A DNA stretch of 64,000 bases, taken from the NCBI RefSeq assembly GCF_018977255.1, contig NW_024704742.1, positions 101,806,001 through 101,870,000 of the forward strand, read 5' to 3'. The DNA comes from Callorhinchus milii (lineage: Eukaryota). The notes under the pieces were generated by a model that saw nothing but the letters and a program-made list of their open reading frames with translations, had not been told where the DNA came from and searched no databases. Positions 12,424 through 25,950 of this stretch are shown in pieces. The position numbers and the translations under genes were made by a program. Numbering within the stretch: the stretch's first letter is position 1; every line of letters starts with the position of its first letter.

Positions 12424-12912
12424 CTGAAAGAAAGGTGAGAAAGGTTTCTTCATTAGAATATCAACTGGTTTATTACTTCACATTGTTTACCCATCCATTA
12501 CATCATTTTTGTTTTACTTAACAGCCTCTCCTTCATACAGAATATTCTGCTAAATTTGGAATTCAATTTCTTGGCACTAACTTTGTGAAGGAGGAGACAT
12601 GCAGATATATGCAGAATGACAGAGTTCATATATGTGCAAAAAATTGTTTGGTGCAGAGGCCGTATATGCAAAATGAATTGTACACAAAGAAGGGCCAGAG
12701 AAGTGTGTATATATGTTTAAAAAAAGCTAAGAGAACAAGAAAGCACCTAAATAGGAATAGAAGTGGAGAATATGTAACACAATGAGAAAGAGCTTCATTA
12801 TGCAATGCTGGGAGAGGGAGTGGAGGAAATAATGTTTTGGAAATATTTCCTGGAAACTAGACTTTCATTCTTGATTTCTCCATCATTGCATAGCACCAGC
12901 ATTTCCACTTAC

Positions 12913-12989
12913 CTGTAACTGTGGCCATTGCAAAGACACTGATAGAGGCATGCAGAAAGAGAAGCTGCTACAGTGTGCATTACGTATAT
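12913..12989 (-). CDS. DMXL1: DMXL1 exon ~26 (IYVMHTVAASLSACLYQCLCNGHSY)
   Basis: ctctag|ATA...CAG|gtaagt; 77 nt, phase 0-2. Confidence 0.92.
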
Positions 12990-13094
12990 CTAGAGAAGAA
13001 AAATTATTAAACATCAAATTCAGGTCAGATGAACCATGGAAGATATTCATTTTACTATAACATGAGCAAAACAAACTTCTACCTAAAATACATT

Positions 13095-13250
13095 ACAACA
13101 ACAACAAGATTACATTTGTATAGCGCCTTTCACGTCGGGAGGACGTCCCAAGGCACTGGACATTTCAGACCGGAGGTGGGGTTGGGTGGGGAAGGGAGGG
13201 GAGGGGCAGGGGGGTGGCCGATGGCATGGTCGAAGAGAAGGGTCTTGAGG
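13095..13250 (-). mobile_element. L2 3' fragment
   Basis: Reverse complement of the same tail. Confidence 0.85.
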
Positions 13251-13644
13251 CACAAAGCTTTAGTTACAAGATGTGTAGTGGTAATGCTGCTAACAGTTAT
13301 TGATATGAATAAATACTAATAATGATGTTTCAAATACTATTATACTATTCGGTTATTTAGACGTTTATTACTTGGAATCTAATTTACAGATCTAGGTGCT
13401 AACTCTGAAAATAGATAACTGGCGAATGTGTAATATTTACACAGCAAAAGTAAGAGCTTGCTAAGAGCTTATAGCACCTTATAATAATATAATTATAGTT
13501 CTTGCATTTGATATAGCACCTTATCACATCATCAAGATGTCTCAAAGCTCTCTCTCTGCCTTAGCAAATTGGGAAAAAAAAGAGCTACAGTAGCTTTTCC
13601 ACTGGTAACAATCTTTCAATACTGTGAAAACATGAATAAGGAAG

Positions 13645-13955
13645 TAATAATATAATCCTCGCATTAGATTAGCGCTTTTCACATCTTCTAGATGACTCAA
13701 AGCGCTTCACAGAATATGCTGTGAAGTGAATTGACCGTATATTTATGGGCGAAACACGGCGGCCAATTACACACAGCAGTGTCCTACAAACAGTAGTGGA
13801 TTGAAAATGACCAGTTTATTATTGTTTGTTTTCGAGTGATTATTATGAGGTGTGTGGAGTAAGGAAACTTGCCCAAGGTTTCGCCCTCTGCCTGAAATTG
13901 AACCCAGGTGTCTCGCTTGCAAAGTGAGTGCTCCAACCACTGAGCTACAGGACTC
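13645..13955 (-). mobile_element. tRNA-derived SINE (tRNA-Ala-like head, L2-type tail), short variant
   Basis: Head gagtcctgtagctcagtggttggagc...tttgca...gggttcaattt with A and B boxes; (TAT)n-like tail. Confidence 0.85.
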
Positions 13956-14937
13956 CACAAATAAAGACTGTTCCAGATGTAGTAAAAGTGAGACTTTTGC
14001 CAACAGGACAAAAATGAGATTGTATACCAGAACTTAAATTTGGCACGAGGTAGTAAAAATAACGTAACTGACAAACAGTTAAGAGTTAACAGTTAAGCTT
14101 CTCACATTGTTCTCTGTTGAAACTGAATAGGCCCTAAATTGATGCACAAATGATTAATTGTTTTTTCTAAATCTATTTGTACAATACAGACCCTTCCATT
14201 CAACAACAATTCCAGCTCTTTGCTGGAGTTAACCCTAATAACAATATCATTCCAATATCTAAATGAAAATTCAACGCTATGTAGTTCGCTCTGTTAATGA
14301 TTGTGAATTGGCAATTTTATGGAGATAATTATTGACAAGTTATTGAACACAAAGTGTGTGTCTGTATAACGGGAGTTTTTAAACCAAGCATTTTAAAAAA
14401 AAAGAACATTCTGCTTCACTCTGACAAAACTACCAGCAACACAACTTTGTCAAAATACACAGGATACATAATTTTGTCTTTGATCCTTGCTGTTAGATCT
14501 AATTTCTCAACAGCAATGCAATGACATTTCTCATTTTTACCTCAGATTGGGAATGTTATCTTGTTGTATGCAAAATGGCTGTTGTACTTTTCTACAAACA
14601 AAAACCCACCACACTTGACAGTAATTACTTGTGAAACACAGATATTTAGAGGCGATAGAGAGCTATCAAATCCAAAGAGCAAAACCATCTTTGAAATAAA
14701 GTTTAAACGTAAGATGACTGACATGAGCAATAGGCTTTACCTTTGTGTAAAAGTATACTAGAGGGCATAATTATAACTTGAAACAAATGCTCCGAGTGAC
14801 TAAAATCATCAATAGATTTCTTTTTATAGCTAAATTTCATATCAAAAGTATTGCAAACAGTATAGCCATTATCCATTTGTCAAAAATATGTACATTTTTA
14901 AGTATGCAAAATATACTGTGATCAAATAAATACCAAC

Positions 14938-15129
14938 CTGACTGTTTTTGATGTCTGGATGTGGAGGAGAATCAAACTCCACAATGGTGTGCAGGATGTC
15001 ATGTGTAAGGTTACTCAGATGGAGTACAGGGTTGGCTACAACTATTTTTGCACTTGCCGTGCTAGCAAATAGGAGCGGTATAGATGCAGGTTGTAGCAAA
15101 GGATTAGCAAACTGCTTCACAGAATGTTC
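14938..15129 (-). CDS. DMXL1: DMXL1 exon ~25 (EHSVKQFANPL...SPPHPDIKNSQ)
   Basis: ttttacatttag|GAA...CAG|gttggt; 192 nt, phase 0-0. Confidence 0.91.
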
Positions 15130-15559
15130 CTAAATGTAAAATATCAAAATAAGTGGTTAGTACTGAACTAGATACAATCTGAAAGCCTGCTCTCTGCTGT
15201 TCTTAAAAAGAACTGCAGAATAAATTAGGACAGAATTTGAGAACTTTTAAAAATTCTGCAAGATTTCATATTTTAAGAAGTGGGTCTTAAGGCTACAGCC
15301 ACGACATTTTTCAGACTTCTGAAGTTTTGAAAACTGAATACCTCTTAATGCAGCAGAAGTATTCCACTTACAATTCTTCACATCTATCCCCATAGGATGG
15401 AGGAAAAAAAACTGGCAAGTCACCTGCATTATTCTAATTTAATTTGTAGCTGCTGGTTTAAGCGAATAGAGCATAAAGGCCCGGAAGCAAGTCCTCTGCT
15501 TACTTTCTCGGATTGGGAATAATGTATATTTAAATGTTATTTTTACAACACATGAATAC

Positions 15560-16647
15560 CTGCTGTGATTCCTGTAAAAGAAGAATTAACTCCATCCTGA
15601 CTGATGCAAGACCACCACCATGAGACCCATGAAGGCTGCAGTAGCTAAGAAACATTCGCAGAAGTGGCTGGTTTTTCCGCAGCCACAGCCGCTTCCGTTG
15701 CAAATAGTCTTGCTGTCGTATTGCTCTTTCCTGGTCATACATTTCATTTTCCGTCTGTTCATTGGTTGTCATTTTATCCAGGGTTTCTTCAAAACCATTT
15801 TTCAAACCATCCACATCAATATTATAATTACAGGTCTTCTGTAGAGCTAGAATTTCTCTCTCCAGCCAATCGTACAATTGGTAACGAAGTTTGCCACCAT
15901 CAACCTCATAACCCGTGGATAATGTACGCAGCTCTGTTGTTAGTATCTTTAAGCAAGCTCCAAACTTGAGTTGTGCTGCTATTACATCTTTTGATGGACT
16001 TAAATAATCATCAGCATCACCATAAGAGGAGGAAAAATGTGTATTATTGTGATGTTCTTCTTTGGTTTTCTCTGCAACCGGGTATTGTAGCGTAATTTCC
16101 TTCATTGCTAAGCCAGGTTCTTCCTCTTCATCTTCCTTATCGCTGTCCCATTTTAGCTCCAAAGGCTCTTCTTCAATAGTCTGAGAGGAGCAACTCCAGT
16201 CAAAACTAAGAGACGAATCCGATTGTCCACTTGACATCCAATTTGAAGTGGCCTTATGTCCAAAACCATTTAAAACTGGAAGGGACCTGTCCAAATCAAA
16301 AGATTTTTGCTCCGATTCTTCCACTGAAGATGACAACTTAGTTAAACGAGAACTTCCTTTGTTCTGTGAAGCCTGCGACTTCATGTTGACTGCTGGCATT
16401 TTGGATAAGACTTCAAGGGCTAACATGGGACAGCCAGCTTTAAAATGTGCATTTGCAGTTGTAAAGAACAGTCTTCTTTCAACCAAACTGATCTTATCGG
16501 CCAGGCCACTTTCCATTGTTAAACCCATATGGGTGGCTGTCTTCTCAGAGGAAGCAAAGTGCCGTCGCATCAAAAGAGGATGGGTGCGCAAATAGTTGTA
16601 GAAATTAAATACTCCAGGGTTACATGACGCAGAGTTGTCGCACTCTT
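15560..16647 (-). CDS. DMXL1: DMXL1 exon ~24 (...FNFYNYLRTHPLL...GGGLASVRMELILLLQESQQ)
   Basis: tttcag|AA...CAG|gtattc; 1088 nt, phase 1-0. Confidence 0.94.
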
Positions 16648-17200
16648 CTGAAAGAGACCAAAGGAATATTAATGGTTATATTAGTAGGTCATTAATGTTA
16701 GATTTAAACTCTTTTTTTAAAATCACGAATACAGTTCAGTTTAACAATTTTCAATAATGGCTAATGGCTTGTTCTGAATTTTTATTAATTTTAACATATA
16801 TTCAATAAAAAGATTATTTCACTCCCAGCAGCACAGGATTATTTGATCACCATTTCACACCTCCAACCCCTCTATCTCACTCAAAGTTTCTCTAAACTTG
16901 TCTCTCCGTAACTCTCTCTCGCATTCTTGGTAACGTCACACTCATGTGTGCAATTTTGCAATTCTCATGCAAGCATGTAACTGCATTTTTGTCACTGTCG
17001 CTCAGGTTTTGACTAGTCTGCAATTATGAGACACATAGCAATTTTGAAACAATTTAGAGCAAAAAGTTCAAAATAATATATTTTCAATGAGTTAAATTAA
17101 CAGCAACAAATGTTTTGTTGGAATATACTATGTTAGCAAAAACACAGTATAATGCAATACAAATTTAACAGAAAAAGTTACGTTTCTCTTTGCTCAGTAC

Positions 17201-17474
17201 CTGTTGTTCCATTGCAGTCATCAGTTTCTCTCATTCCTTGCTCCAATAGAGTAGTCAGAGCATTTGTGTAATCTTCTAATATCCAATAAGCCATACTCCG
17301 AAGGACAGGATCAGGGTGCATGAAAGATGGGTTCAATTCTTTACTCTTCGTATCAAATCCCAGCAATCTTCGAAAGAGTATGGATTTGTAGGTGGATGAA
17401 ACTTCAAATTCAGATTCATGCAAGCGGGATATTACAAGAGCTAGTTGAATATCATGAAGTCTTTCAAGACAAAC
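17201..17474 (-). CDS. DMXL1: DMXL1 exon ~23 (VCLERLHDIQLALVISRL...LRSMAYWILEDY...NGTT)
   Basis: ccttag|GTT...CAG|gtactg; 274 nt, phase 0-1. Confidence 0.91.
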
Positions 17475-18014
17475 CTAAGGGAAAAAAGTCGATTTCATCC
17501 TTAACTATGTGAAAATTCAGATAAGGTGATTATTTCTTTAGTTGTACAATACTGAACTGATATCACACACAAGAGGAACAATATTCCTGATAAACTATGC
17601 ATGTGTTCATGTGTACACAAAACTTTGTATTTGGCACTCTGTTCCCATGTTACCATTTTTAAACAGAAATACTCAAGATCACCACTAGTGGACCAGCTAT
17701 CCCGAGTTAAACTGAAGCAGTCTGTGCTGAGGTAGCTGATCTCAAGTCACTGACAGTAGATGGTACAATTAGCTTTAGCGCCTTGAATTTAAAGAGGGGA
17801 GCTCGGGTTATTCTCCTGATTGATCAAGAGAGAGCAGGATTACGCTAAATTGCGATTCCTTGCTGTACCATGGTTAGTTTTATCCTCTCCCCTCAATCAT
17901 AGTCAAACAGGTGGTCTTATTTCATACAATTCAAGAGTGTGAATGATTTGAACTATTGAAATCAATTTTACAGCGACTTATTTGAAAGAAGTTTAAGTGC
18001 AGACGTTGTGGAAA

Positions 18015-18435
18015 ACAATACTAATCCTTACATTTGGTATGGCGCCGCCTTTCATGTCGGGGGACTCAAAGTGCTTCACAGGATATACTGTAAAGCTGAC
18101 TGTGCATTTGCAGACAAATGTGACAAGCAATTCACCACAGCAATGTTTCACAAACAACCATGAAGTGAAAGAATTTTAGCTGGGGAATTGTTGACTGAGG
18201 AGAATTTCCCTTCCTTTTCAGGAGGCGTTATAGGATTGTTCACATCTGCTTGAGCAGGCAGAGAGGAGCTTGGTTTAACATCTCATCCGGAGGATAGCAC
18301 CGTCAGCAATGCAGTGCACTCCCAGCACAGCATCTGAGTGTTCGCCTATCATATGCAAGTCCAACATTCCAACTTGGGGCTTAAGCCCAACTTCTGATTT
18401 AAGAGGCGAGAGTGCAACTAACTAAGCTAGACTGA
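18015..18435 (-). mobile_element. Deu-domain SINE (SacSINE1-like), near full length
   Basis: tRNA head, then the Deu core (plus strand ggtttaacatctcatccggaggatagcacc), then an L2-type tail. Confidence 0.78.
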
Positions 18436-18947
18436 CATCTTAAGGGTCCATCTGGGCAAAGTCACAAATACTCAGCCTGATTCGAAGAAGTATGCAACTC
18501 ATGACCTTACAGCTGGTATGAAACTACTCCTAACTATTCTAAGTAACTTATACAAATTTTAAAATTCCAATGGAAAATGTATAACCAGTTTGAAAATATT
18601 TTGTGTCAAGTTTTGAAGTTCAAATCCATCATGTTCCATTCTACAATTCAGTTTACCAGTGCCACAACCTTATCTTGCATTTTCTAGTACTTGTACTTGA
18701 ATTAAGTTTAATACTTAACAGTAAGAAATTTCATGCTGGAATATAAAAATTGCATTTGTAAAACAAGGAACCTCAAGTAAGTTTGGAGTTTAAAGCTGGA
18801 ATTATAGTTTAATTATTGTGCTAGCATTTCTTCGCTCATTTGTCTTTTCTTAACAAAAAAACTATCAACTTTTGCTGAGGTTTTTGTTCATCATGACCAT
18901 AATTTTGGTGTGTTAATTCCATAAATTGCAATTTACTGTTGGTTTAC

Positions 18948-19113
18948 CTCAACAGCATCCTTAAGAGAACCAGCCAAAAGGAAGAAAGCTGCTGACTGCT
19001 CAAATCGCTGTTTACCCAATAAAGCAAAGGCATTCTTCAATGCAGCCTTTCTCCATCTGTCATCGGTGAAATTCTTTCCAAAAAACTCTGTCATTTTTTT
19101 GTCTTGAAGAGAC
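18948..19113 (-). CDS. DMXL1: DMXL1 exon ~22 (SLQDKKMTEFF...WRKAALKNAFALLGKQRFEQSAAFFLLAGSLKDAVE)
   Basis: gtgcag|G...GAG|gtaaac; 166 nt, phase 2-0; Rav1-family core motif. Confidence 0.95.
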
Positions 19114-19369
19114 CTGCACAATAGCAAAACAAAACAATAATTATTAGTAGTATTAGGCTTCTAACCTAAGTACTGGTGAACTCCATGTATTCAATGCTTT
19201 GGTTGGTTTGCTTCGAGCCACTCCTCTTTATAGTATATTCCATGAAGCACTTTGAAACAAATCTCCTGACATGAAAGGTGCTATATTGATGTAAGAATTA
19301 TAGTTTTTATTACTTGCTATGAATTTCTCTCTCACACACATGCACACACACACTATGTATATATATATA

Positions 19370-19682
19370 TAATAATAATAATCCTTGCATTTGATATAGC
19401 GCTTTTCACGTCAGGAGGACGTCCCAAAGCGCTGCACAGAACACACTGTAAAGTGAATTGACTGTATATTTGTGGGCGAACGCAGCAGCCAATTGCACAC
19501 AGCAATGTCCCACAAACAGTCGTAGATTGAAAATGACCAATTTATTATTGTTTTTGGTTTTGGAGGGATTATTATGAGGCGTGTGGAGTAAGGAAACTTG
19601 CCCAAGGTTTTGCTCTGTCTGGAATTGAACTCAGGTCTCTCGCTTGCAAAACGAGTGCTCTAACCACTGAGCTACAGGACTC
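19370..19682 (-). mobile_element. tRNA-derived SINE, same short variant as 13645-13955
   Basis: Colinear with the 13.6-kb copy over its full length. Confidence 0.87.
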
Positions 19683-19804
19683 TGTATATAGATACAGAGA
19701 ATAAAAGATTATCAGGAAGATTCATCAATTGATGTATGTTATTTGAAATGACAGAAAATTATTCTCAGAAAAAATGTGCACTTAACATTGTACTTTGAAT
19801 AGAT

Positions 19805-20600
19805 TGTAGACTAGAGTGAGGTGGCTATGAGGTCACAAGTGACTCCTGTTCACAGTACATAAATGACCTGGATTTGTAGATTCAGCGCAATGTAGTTAAA
19901 TTTGTGGAAAACTGTGGAATCAGAAGCGGCAACCAAGATCTTGTGAAGAGAGCTTGATAAGGGTACGCAGCTGGGCTGATCACTGGCAAATGAAGATCAA
20001 TTCAGATAATTCCAACATATAGCATTTAGGATATAAAAATAAGAGGTATATTGACCTCCTTGTATGGGATACAACTTGCCTAGGAGGAAAATAATAGTAC
20101 CTAATGATAGTAGTTGACTTGTCACTCATAGCACATGTGGCAACAGTAAATAAGGCAAACAGGATGTACTATAATCCTCTAAAGTCATAGTACAGCTCTC
20201 AAACTGCACCTGGAACATGAAATACTGGGTAGAATTTGTGTTGCAAAATGCAATTTTGCTGCCCAGTTGGGAGCAACCAGGTTGATCCCCACTTAGACAA
20301 CAAGCTAAAAGAAATAACTGGATCAGATAGGCTTCTTTAGCATTGAGAAGAGATGCATCAGAGGAAATTTATAGAGATATAAGATGGGAAATATTTTAGA
20401 GTAAAGTATGCAGCGGCAGCAGGACAAGAGATCACAAGTTCAAGATAGTCAATGGCAATATCAAGACAGACTGCAAAAAGTATTTCTTTACATAGAAGGT
20501 AGCTGGGATTATTACTGGAAAGGTTAATAGAGACTATGTTGCTGGACACATTTAAGACCCAGCTTCAGGTTATTCTGGAAATATAAGATAAATGAACCAA
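19805..20600 (+). mobile_element. Highly decayed CR1 RT/3' fragment
   Basis: Residual INDLD...VVKF, WADHWQMKIN and KANRM motifs. Confidence 0.7.
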
Positions 20601-21201
20601 GGGGCATCCTTCATCCACAACTCATCCAATCACATACTTACTCCCTTGTCACTCCACCTAGCAAGATGAGTGGATTTAGCATGTGGATTATATTATTCAT
20701 TTGTAAGACTATTTTGATGGAGAAATTCTCTTAACTAATATTTGTGCTTTTCCTTTTCTCATCATTTACTATGCTTCCACAATCTGTAAATGAGAGCCCC
20801 TGCTCCCAAACAATACTACTATGACTTGACTGCTGATACGTGCCAAGAACAGGCTGTTATTTGAAATGATACCACAAGTTTTCAGAGGTTTAATATATTG
20901 GACAATGAACCGCCCACTAATACTGGTCATGAAAATATGATTGATGAGAAGACATGAAAGCACTTCATCTCTAAAAAAAAGTTGATTCATCAATTCCAGG
21001 ACCCAGCACAACTGGAATTTATTTTCAAAAATACTTACACTGTTTGCTAATATAAAGTACAAAATACTTCTTACCATCAATGCCTTCAGCTACAAAAAAA
21101 CACAGGCAAAACATATTTATGCTGCTGAGGAACTTGACAAACTCCTATGATATTGCTGAGGAACAAAACTCAGCTGTATGATTCACATAAAACAAACTCA
21201 C

Positions 21202-21299
21202 CTGAAAAGACCCCACAATATAGCCTTTTTCTTCATTGCAAGATAAAATATGGCTGCATCTAAGGGATCATTATTTCTTTGGAAAGCGGCTTTGGCAAC
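21202..21299 (-). CDS. DMXL1: DMXL1 exon ~21 (VAKAAFQRNNDPLDAAIFYLAMKKKAILWGLF)
   Basis: atgtag|GTT...CAG|gtgagt; 98 nt, phase 0-2. Confidence 0.94.
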
Positions 21300-22282
21300 C
21301 TACATTAAAGAAAAACATACATTTACGTTACTGTAATTGTTACTGAATAGTAATATGTACTCAAGTTCCACAGAAGATTTAGGTATAATAAAAACACACA
21401 AATAAAATGTTAACTTCACTGTTGATCCCTTACAAATGTATTTTGAAACCCATAGTCAAATTACGTCAGAAACAACTCCCGTTTCTCAGTCCAAACAACT
21501 GCAAATCCGAAAGGTTTCAGATCTCTAGATCTTCAGATTTATAACACCCTTATAAATAACTTTCATCTACTAGTGCCTTTCACATAAGCTAACTTCCAAA
21601 AAATGCTTTACAGAGATGGTGCTGGACAATGAGCAGGGAGGGTAGAGAAGGAAAAGGTAATCACAGACATAGTTGAAGAAATGATAATTAATAACATATA
21701 TACACACACACATTTATGTTAACTTAAATGTCTTAAAGTGCTTTACCAAATATAAATGATAACAAAAAAAAGAACGTTTGAGGCAAAATAGGGCAACTAA
21801 TCTGCCCCGCAACATCCCATGGACAATAAGATGCGTAGTCAATTCATTTGAATTTGGAGCAAATTGGTTTCAGGAAGAGAATAAGCCAGATACAAGTTTC
21901 CTTGCTTCTTTGAAAAGAGTAAGAATAACAGTTTTTCACTCCACTTTATGGGGTGAAAGTCAAATCAGTCAAAAAAAGTCATCCAAATTTCATTGTTAAA
22001 AACTGAATGTCATTGATTTTTTTCATGGTGTGTATCCCAGAACCCACCTTGTTGCACTGTCAGTACCAGGAGTACAAAAAAAATTCTATCAGATTTGCTG
22101 TCTCAAATTGTAAAAGTTCAAAAAAAAGTTTTTGTATTTTCCACCCCCTTCAATTCTCCACCCTCAACCAATTTGCTATGTTTTTCGCCAGAAAAAATAG
22201 ACCCCTTAGAAAAGAACACAAACCTAAATTTAATAACAGCATCAAGAAGTGAATGAGATTATACATAATACAAAATGTTATT

Positions 22283-25200
22283 TACAACAACAAAATTACA
22301 TTTGTGTCGCGCCTTTCACGTTGGGAAGACGTCCCAAGGTGCTGGACAGAGAGTTTTAGACCCGAGCTACGGGTCGGGATCGGGGAGGGTGGAGGGCAGG
22401 GTGATTGAAAGCACAGTTGAAGTGGAGGGTCTTGCAGGAAGCAAGGGAGGGTCGATGCGGAGGGACTGGGGGATGGAGTTCCAGAGGGTGGAGGCAGAGT
22501 GGCAGAAGGCCCGCCCGTTAATAATGGCGCGAGCGAGGAGGGGGATGTGAAGCAGGCAGGAGTTCGCTGACGGAGGGAGTGAGCAGGATGGTAGGGGGTT
22601 AGGAGGTCACAGAGGTAAGGGGGAGCAAGACCATGGAGGGCTTTGAAGGTGAGGACCAGGATCTTGAACTGTATCCTCTGTGTGATGGGAAGCCAGTGGA
22701 GTTGGGGGAGGATGGGGGTGATAGGGTCGTGGAAACAAGTGTGGGAGAGGACACGGAGACACATGCATTTTAAGGAGGGACAAGTTGGGGAGGTCGACAA
22801 GCAAGGAGTTTACATAGTCAAGCCTCGATGTAATGAAAGTGTGTATGAGGGTTTCGGTGGCCTGCGGAGTGAGACAGTGTTGGAGCCAGGCGACGTTGCG
22901 GAGGTGGGGGAAGGCAGAGCAGTTCATGGTGCAGATGTGGGGTAAAAAGGATAGTTGAGGGTCAAACAAGACCCCAAGGTTCCAGACTGGCTTAGCAAGG
23001 TGGAATGTGCAACCATGGATGGTGAGGCTGTCAGTGTATGAGGTGTGGAGGCACTGACGGGAGCCAATCAGGAGAGCCTCGGTCTTGTTGATGTTCAACT
23101 GAAGAAAGTTAGCTCTCATCCAGGACTTGATGTCTGACAAACATTCTGACAGGAAAGCAGTGGTCCTGTGTCAAGGGTGGAGGCAGAGAGGTAGTGTTGG
23201 GTGTCATCCACATACATGTGGAAGTTGATCCCATGTATGCAGATGATGTCACCAAGAGGGAGCATATAAATATTGAAGAGGAAGGGACCAAGGACAGAGC
23301 CCTGAGGAACGCCGCATGAGATGGTCCAGGGGCTAGAGAAGAAACCCCTAGTGGAAATGAAGTGGAGTCGGTGGGAGAGGTATGATTTGGACTAGTCAAG
23401 GACAGAGCCATGAAGGTTGAGGTGAGAGGAGAGGCGGTGGATGAGGATAAAGTGGTTGACATTGCTGAAGGCAGCAGAGAGGTCAAGGAGGACGAGGAGG
23501 AAGAGGGAGCCCTCGTCGCAGATGGACAGAATCTCATTTGTCACTTTGACCAGGGCTGTTTCTGTGCTGTGGGCGGCACAGAAACCTGATTGGAGGGATT
23601 TGTGAAAGGCGTGGCAGAAGAGGAAGGAGCGAAGCTGGGAAGCAACAACTCTTTCCAGTTCCTTGGAAAGGAAATGGAGATTGGAGATGGGGCGGTAGTT
23701 TGACAGTAGACATGGGTCCAAGGAGGGTTTTTTTTAAGGATAGAAGTGATGACGGCCATTCTTAATGGGGGCCATTCTCAATACCAGTGGAAAGGGAGAG
23801 GTTTATGATGTCTGTGAGTAGAGAGGCAAGGAGGTGAAACTGGGAGGTAAGGAGAGTGGTAGGTATGGGGTCGAGGGAGCAGGTGGTCGGTTTCATGCAG
23901 GTTACAGTGGTGGGGAGAGGAGTGGGAGACAAGTTCAAAGGTGTGGAGGGAGGGATGGGTAGGAGCTGGGGAGGGAGGGGGAGATGGGGAGGGTGTAACA
24001 GATGGGGAGGGTGTAACAGATGGAATGGCAGTGGCAGCTGAGCGGATCCCCTCGACTTTGAATTCGAGGAAGTCCAGCATCACCTTGCAGTTGGCATTTG
24101 AGGTGAGTATGGGCGAGGCATGAGATTGTGGGCAGAGAAGCTGGTTGGTGATGGAGAAGAAGAGCCTGGGGCTGTCATTGGCCTCCAAGATTATCTTGGA
24201 TTAGAATGACGATTTAGAGGACGTGAGGGGGGGAGCAGTAAGATTTGATAAAGTCCGGCCAGATATACCGATGGACCGTTAAGTTTGATTTAAGTGGTCA
24301 GCGGCACACACCTGTACTTTAAGGGAGGGGAGGTGGCTGGTGTACCATGGTGACATTCGTGATTAGGAGACAGTTTGGGAAGAGACGGGAGCAAGGGAAT
24401 TGAGAAAGGAGGAGAGGGAGATGTGGAGAAGAGTGACCGAGGACTGGGGTCATTGCAGGAGGAAGCCCAGAGGGGAAGGCATTCAGATGACTCCAAGGCA
24501 GCAGAGAAGGAGGGGGGGGGGGAAGATTTTTTTCCAGGGGCAGTAGGAGATTGAGGTGGGCTGGGTGGTGGTCGGAAGAGGGATTGAGGAGTTAAGGAAG
24601 ATGAAGTGATGGTCCGAGATCACTTTGTCGATGATGGTGAGATCCAAGACGGTGAGGCCCCGAGTGATCACAGATCGAGGGGATGACCGTGGATGTGGGT
24701 TGCTGAGTGGATGTGGAGGGAGAGGTTGAGGGAGGAGATAAGGGAGGAAAAATCAGTAGAGGCAGAGCAGGAGGGGGTGGTGAAGGTTGAAGTCGCCTAG
24801 GATGTGTTCGGAGCAGAGGAAGAGGGAAGATAGGAGGGTAGAGATGTCAGGGATGAAGGTAGGGGAGGGCTTTGGGGGGGCGATAGATAAGGAGAATTTT
24901 GAGGGAAAGATTGGAGCGGGGTAAAGGATAAGGTGCACAACGGAGGGGAAAGCTGCAGAAGAGAAAGATAGGCCGAGCAGGGAACGGGAGATGAGAGGCA
25001 CCCGGCCACCACAGAAGTAGGTCAAGTGATATAATGGAAGGTGTAGCCGGGTGGTGTGGCCTCTATCAGAGGGAAGGTGTCGCCTGGAGTGATCCAGGTT
25101 TCAGTGAGGCCGAGAATGTTGATGTTTTCATCGACAATGAGGTCTTGGATGGTGAGTGTTTTATTGGAGAGGGAGCGGACATTTTGTAGGGCGATGTGGA

Positions 25201-25680
25201 GGGGACAGTTGGTTGCGGAATGTGGGTGCGAGGGGGTGGTGAGAGGGAGGACTGACAGGGAGGGTGGGGATGTGGATGAAGGAGGAGAGGTTGGCCCCGG
25301 TGGTCAGGGACCGATGGGACTTGCGGCGAGAATGGGGATCGGGGCAGTCAGAGTGGCTGCTGTTAGACATCCAGCGGCGACTCCCATGGTGGGCCCGACG
25401 GAGGATTTGCAGGCTGGAGCAGAGGCAGGCTGTGGGACGGTGGAGCAGGGATAGGAGTTGGGGAGTGTGGCAGGAGAGGACTGAGGGGGAATAATGGAGA
25501 GTGGAGGACAGGGATGGGAGCATTATGGAGAAGCAGCTCGGGTCAGTGGCAGCAGCCAAAATGCACACACCGAGACTAAAAGCGAACGGAGGAGGGGGTC
25601 AGAGAGGCATGGTTAGCCTGCTGGTGTGGATCATTATGGGGAGCGGGGACAAAGTTATTGTCCCAGTGAGGCGAAGTAAG
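22283..25680 (-). mobile_element. L2 LINE, near-complete but degraded ORF2 (APE endonuclease and RT) with tail
   Basis: QNVRSL...LGLTETW, LGDFN, ISDH, NYRPISNL, LLDLSAAF, PQGSVLGP, LHWLPI motifs; tail ending in (TTG)n. Confidence 0.95.
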
Positions 25681-25780
25681 TTGTTATGAATACTCACACA
25701 TTAGTATGTTGTCAACACAAACAAAATGCAAAAGCAGTTATTTCTATCATTTTAAACTTCTAAAAAAAAGTACACAGTAC

Positions 25781-25950
25781 CTTCTCAATGCATTTGCGAA
25801 GTGTATTGTTGCTGCGCACCCACCAACCGACTCCCATGGCTCTAAGCTCTGACCAGTGAGGATCTCCTCTCTGTATTGCAGGGATCATGCTTAATAGCTC
25901 TTCCTCAGCTTCTGAATGAAAGGCCCAGGCAAAATGACAAGTAGACAAAC
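25781..25950 (-). CDS. DMXL1: DMXL1 exon ~20 (LSTCHFAWAFHSEAEEEL...GVGWWVRSNNTLRKCIEK)
   Basis: tcacag|GT...AAG|gtactg; 170 nt, phase 1-0. Confidence 0.94.

Noticed and set aside
13885..13955. tRNA-like sequences with A and B boxes (also at about 19615-19682 and 45150-45215)
   Set aside because: They are SINE heads fused to repeat bodies and tails, with degenerate stems; they are not tRNA genes.
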